Positions 61,983-64,000 of a stretch of 64,000 nt of DNA are shown in pieces. Both the position numbers and the translations under genes were made by a program. The DNA lies in the NCBI GenBank assembly GCA_035482415.1, contig DATHQT010000057.1:105944-169943 (forward strand), in the 5' to 3' direction. The notes beneath the pieces were generated by a model, which saw only the letters and a list, made by a program, of their open reading frames with translations, was not told the DNA's origin and did no database searches. Each line of letters starts with the position of its first letter. The first letter of the stretch is position 1. The DNA is from Acidobacteriaceae bacterium. GTDB taxonomy: Bacteria > Acidobacteriota > Terriglobia > Terriglobales > Acidobacteriaceae.

Positions 61983-62684
61983 ATGTTTCCAGCACTACGC
62001 ATGCTCTTCGTCTTCACCCTGTTCGGCCTGCCCGCCGCCCTCGTAGGCATTCCTTACTCACTTCTCCGAGGCAACATTCGCACCATGTACGGCTGGGCCA
62101 TGTTCGCCATGCGCGCCGGCGTCCGCGCCGGAGGCATCCGCGTCGTCATCCAGGGCGCGGAAAACATCCCCACCGGCGAGTCCTGCATCTTCCTGAGCAA
62201 CCACGTCTCGAACCTCGACCCGCCCATCCTATTGCCCGCGATCCCCGGCATGTGCAGCGTCTTCCTCAAGAAGTCCTTGATGAGAATCCCCTTCGTCGGC
62301 ATCGCCATGCGCATGGCCAAATACGTCCCCGTATCGCGCGGCCACTCCCGCGCCGAAGCCGAGCAGAGCGTAGCCATCGCTGCGGATGCTCTCCGCAGCG
62401 GCCTGCACATCTTCATCTTTCCCGAAGGCACGCGCTCCCCCGACGGCCACCTTCTCCCCTTCAAAAAGGGCGCATTCTTCCTCGCAGCCGACGCCAACGC
62501 ACCCATGGTCCCCATCGTCATCCAGGGCACCGCGCAGATGATGCGCAAGGGAAGCCTCAAGGTCTTTCCCGGAGTAGCCACCGTCCGCTTCCTCCCCGCC
62601 ATCCGCCCCCAGGACTTCGCCACCCGCGAAGACCTCATGGATGCAGTCCGCCTCGAGATGCAGACAGCCCTCCTCGAAACCTAA
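61983..62684 (+). CDS. plsC: 1-acyl-sn-glycerol-3-phosphate acyltransferase
   Basis: N-terminal TM. Acyltransferase motifs NHVSNLD (HxxxxD) and IFPEGTRS. Confidence 0.8.
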   Translation: MFPALRMLFVFTLFGLPAALVGIPYSLLRGNIRTMYGWAMFAMRAGVRAGGIRVVIQGAENIPTGESCIFLSNHVSNLDPPILLPAIPGMCSVFLKKSLMRIPFVGIAMRMAKYVPVSRGHSRAEAEQSVAIAADALRSGLHIFIFPEGTRSPDGHLLPFKKGAFFLAADANAPMVPIVIQGTAQMMRKGSLKVFPGVATVRFLPAIRPQDFATREDLMDAVRLEMQTALLET

Positions 62685-62731
62685 ACCTGCAGCCAGCGTT
62701 CGCCGCCAGCCAGCCTCTCGAATCGCCGCTT

Positions 62732-63364
62732 CTATTTAATGATGGGCTGATATCCATCGGCCAGCAGCCGTTGCTTCGCGGCCGCAGCGTCCTTCATGTT
62801 CGTGAACGGTCCCACCTGGATGTGAAAGAACTTGTCCCCGGTGTCCGCATGCGCGCTAACCGGATAGCCCTTCGCGCGCAACGCACTCACCAGCAGTTGC
62901 GCGTCTTCCTCGTGCGAGACCGCCGCGACCTGCACCACGAAGGTTCCGGTCGCCGATGGCTGCTCGGGCGTCGTCACCACCGGGGTTGCCGCATGCGCAG
63001 CCGGTGCAGCTACGGGCTGCGCATTCTCTGCCACTGGCGCTGCGCCGCGAGCCACTCCCGAACCGGACCTCGCCGGCGCCGACCCAGAACCATTCCCGGC
63101 ACTCGGAGCCGCAGGCGATCCCATCGGCGATCCCGCAGCCGGCTTGAACCCGCTGAACATGCCCGACGACGGCTGCGCACCCTCCGAATTCGCTGCCGCA
63201 CCCAGCGGCACCGGCTGGTGGCTGCCCATCTTGTACCCAAGGCCGAAGAACGCCCCGCACAGCACTACCAGTGCGAGAAATATCCCCAGGATCACCCCGG
63301 TACTAAGCGTCAGTTCACGCTCGCGCTTCAGGTCTTCTTCGTCTTCGTACACAGGTCGAGTCAT
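62732..63364 (-). CDS. SPOR-domain (peptidoglycan-binding) membrane protein
   Basis: N-terminal TM (GVILGIFLALVVLCGAFFGLGY), a Pro/Ala/Gly-rich linker, and a C-terminal SPOR domain FVVQVAAVSHEEDAQLLVSALRAKGYPV...FFHIQVGPFTNMKDAAAAKQRLLADGY. Confidence 0.75.
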   Translation of the reverse strand: MTRPVYEDEEDLKRERELTLSTGVILGIFLALVVLCGAFFGLGYKMGSHQPVPLGAAANSEGAQPSSGMFSGFKPAAGSPMGSPAAPSAGNGSGSAPARSGSGVARGAAPVAENAQPVAAPAAHAATPVVTTPEQPSATGTFVVQVAAVSHEEDAQLLVSALRAKGYPVSAHADTGDKFFHIQVGPFTNMKDAAAAKQRLLADGYQPIIK

Positions 63365-63403
63365 CGTGGCAAGCTCAATCCGAAAATCACAAGCAGGGAA
63401 CAG

Positions 63404-64000
63404 CTAGTACCGAATATAAAACCCGGCCATCGGTTCCAACGTCGTAGCATGCTTCAGGATCGTCAAATAGTTCTGTCCAAAGTCCGGATCCAGGAAGAAC
63501 AACTCGCGGAACCCGACGCGCAGACCGAAGTGCGGGCTTACGTCCTTCTGCATTCCCAGCGAATAGTAATACGTCATGCGCGCCTTTTCCGGCAAGGATT
63601 GTCCACCGCCCGGGGTTGGGTTGAACGCCATCGGGCCGGCGCCAGCCGACGCAAATGGTTGCAGCCCAAAGATCGTGTACGGCGGCGTAATCAGATACCC
63701 AAACGTGTATTCGCTCACCTTCGTCTGGACCTGGAAGTCCGTGATGCCGTTTGGTAGGAAACTCGCGATCGCAGGGCCCGAATAGTTCTCGGTATAACGG
63801 GCGTAGCTGTAATTGAACTCAAGCCCAAAATAAGGTTTTGCCGGATAATGAATCGACACCAGCGCGCCCAGGGTATTGGAGCCGGACTGCGTCATCGCCA
63901 GGCCTTCGTTCGGTGCGACGGGAACAACTGTCCCCGATACCGTGTTGTTGAAGATACCAACACCCGCAATCGATAAATCCAGCTTGTCGAGCTGCTTCTG
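63404..64000 (-). CDS. Outer-membrane beta-barrel-like protein, partial (N-terminus beyond the right edge)
   Basis: Alternating aromatic/aliphatic strands (YFGLEFNYSYARY, YTFGYLITPPY, HFGLRVGFRELFF) and a C-terminal ...GFYIRY. My translation of 63896-64000 on the minus strand stays open (QKQLDKLDLSIAGVGIFNNTVSGTVVPVAPNEGLA), so the track Met at 63895 is probably internal. Confidence 0.5.
   Translation of the reverse strand, partial: QKQLDKLDLSIAGVGIFNNTVSGTVVPVAPNEGLAMTQSGSNTLGALVSIHYPAKPYFGLEFNYSYARYTENYSGPAIASFLPNGITDFQVQTKVSEYTFGYLITPPYTIFGLQPFASAGAGPMAFNPTPGGGQSLPEKARMTYYYSLGMQKDVSPHFGLRVGFRELFFLDPDFGQNYLTILKHATTLEPMAGFYIRY

Noticed and set aside
1-64000. Search for CRISPR arrays, tRNA/rRNA genes, IS elements, integrases, toxin-antitoxin pairs and known defence-system genes
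   Set aside because: I could recognise none by eye: no spaced identical repeats, no cloverleaf-like T-arm motifs in intergenic regions, and no transposase, recombinase or nuclease signatures. Absence by manual inspection is not proof. tRNAscan, Rfam, ISfinder and DefenseFinder runs would settle it.

Overview
High-GC (roughly 58-60% by eye, not computed) chromosomal segment. It is probably from an Acidobacteriota (Terriglobia-like) genome. That call is an inference from gene content: a CarboxypepD_reg-type TonB-dependent receptor, four FG-GAP/ASPIC-UnbV (CRTAC1-like) paralogs, DUF3300/DUF2950, and many TPR and beta-propeller exported proteins. I recognised no rRNA, tRNA, CRISPR array, transposase, integrase or phage genes. 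Gene order from left to right: (1) a Tad/Flp pilus fragment with cpaB, the cpaC secretin, a Big_2 lipoprotein, DUF192 and two tandem flp pilins. Near-consensus sigma-54 promoters precede both cpaB and flp. A polyprenyl-phosphate GT2 and a GT-C glycosyltransferase follow directly. (2) Envelope proteins, a sulfatase and a DUF3300-DUF2950 pair. (3) A minus-strand operon with stop/start overlaps: sugar 4,6-dehydratase, hydrolysing 2-epimerase, aminotransferase, then a TPR/FG-GAP/ASPIC giant and an amidase. (4) The best candidate for an undescribed system is four translationally coupled exported genes at 31806-38111. They encode a PD40 propeller with one CxxCH, a CRTAC1-like protein, a YVTN propeller fused to a di-haem peroxidase-like domain, and a Reg_prop propeller. 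The subunit logic resembles hydrazine synthase. A RidA/chorismatase-like gene, a DAHP synthase and two orphan LivK-type binding proteins follow. (5) A CE15 esterase, a GFOR-like oxidoreductase, a lactonase and a TonB receptor. (6) A PDZ-sensor kinase, an NtrC-type regulator and a CRTAC1-like gene in one operon, with a candidate sigma-54 promoter and a 12-bp inverted repeat upstream. All family calls come from motif recognition by eye. Start codons are judgement calls.
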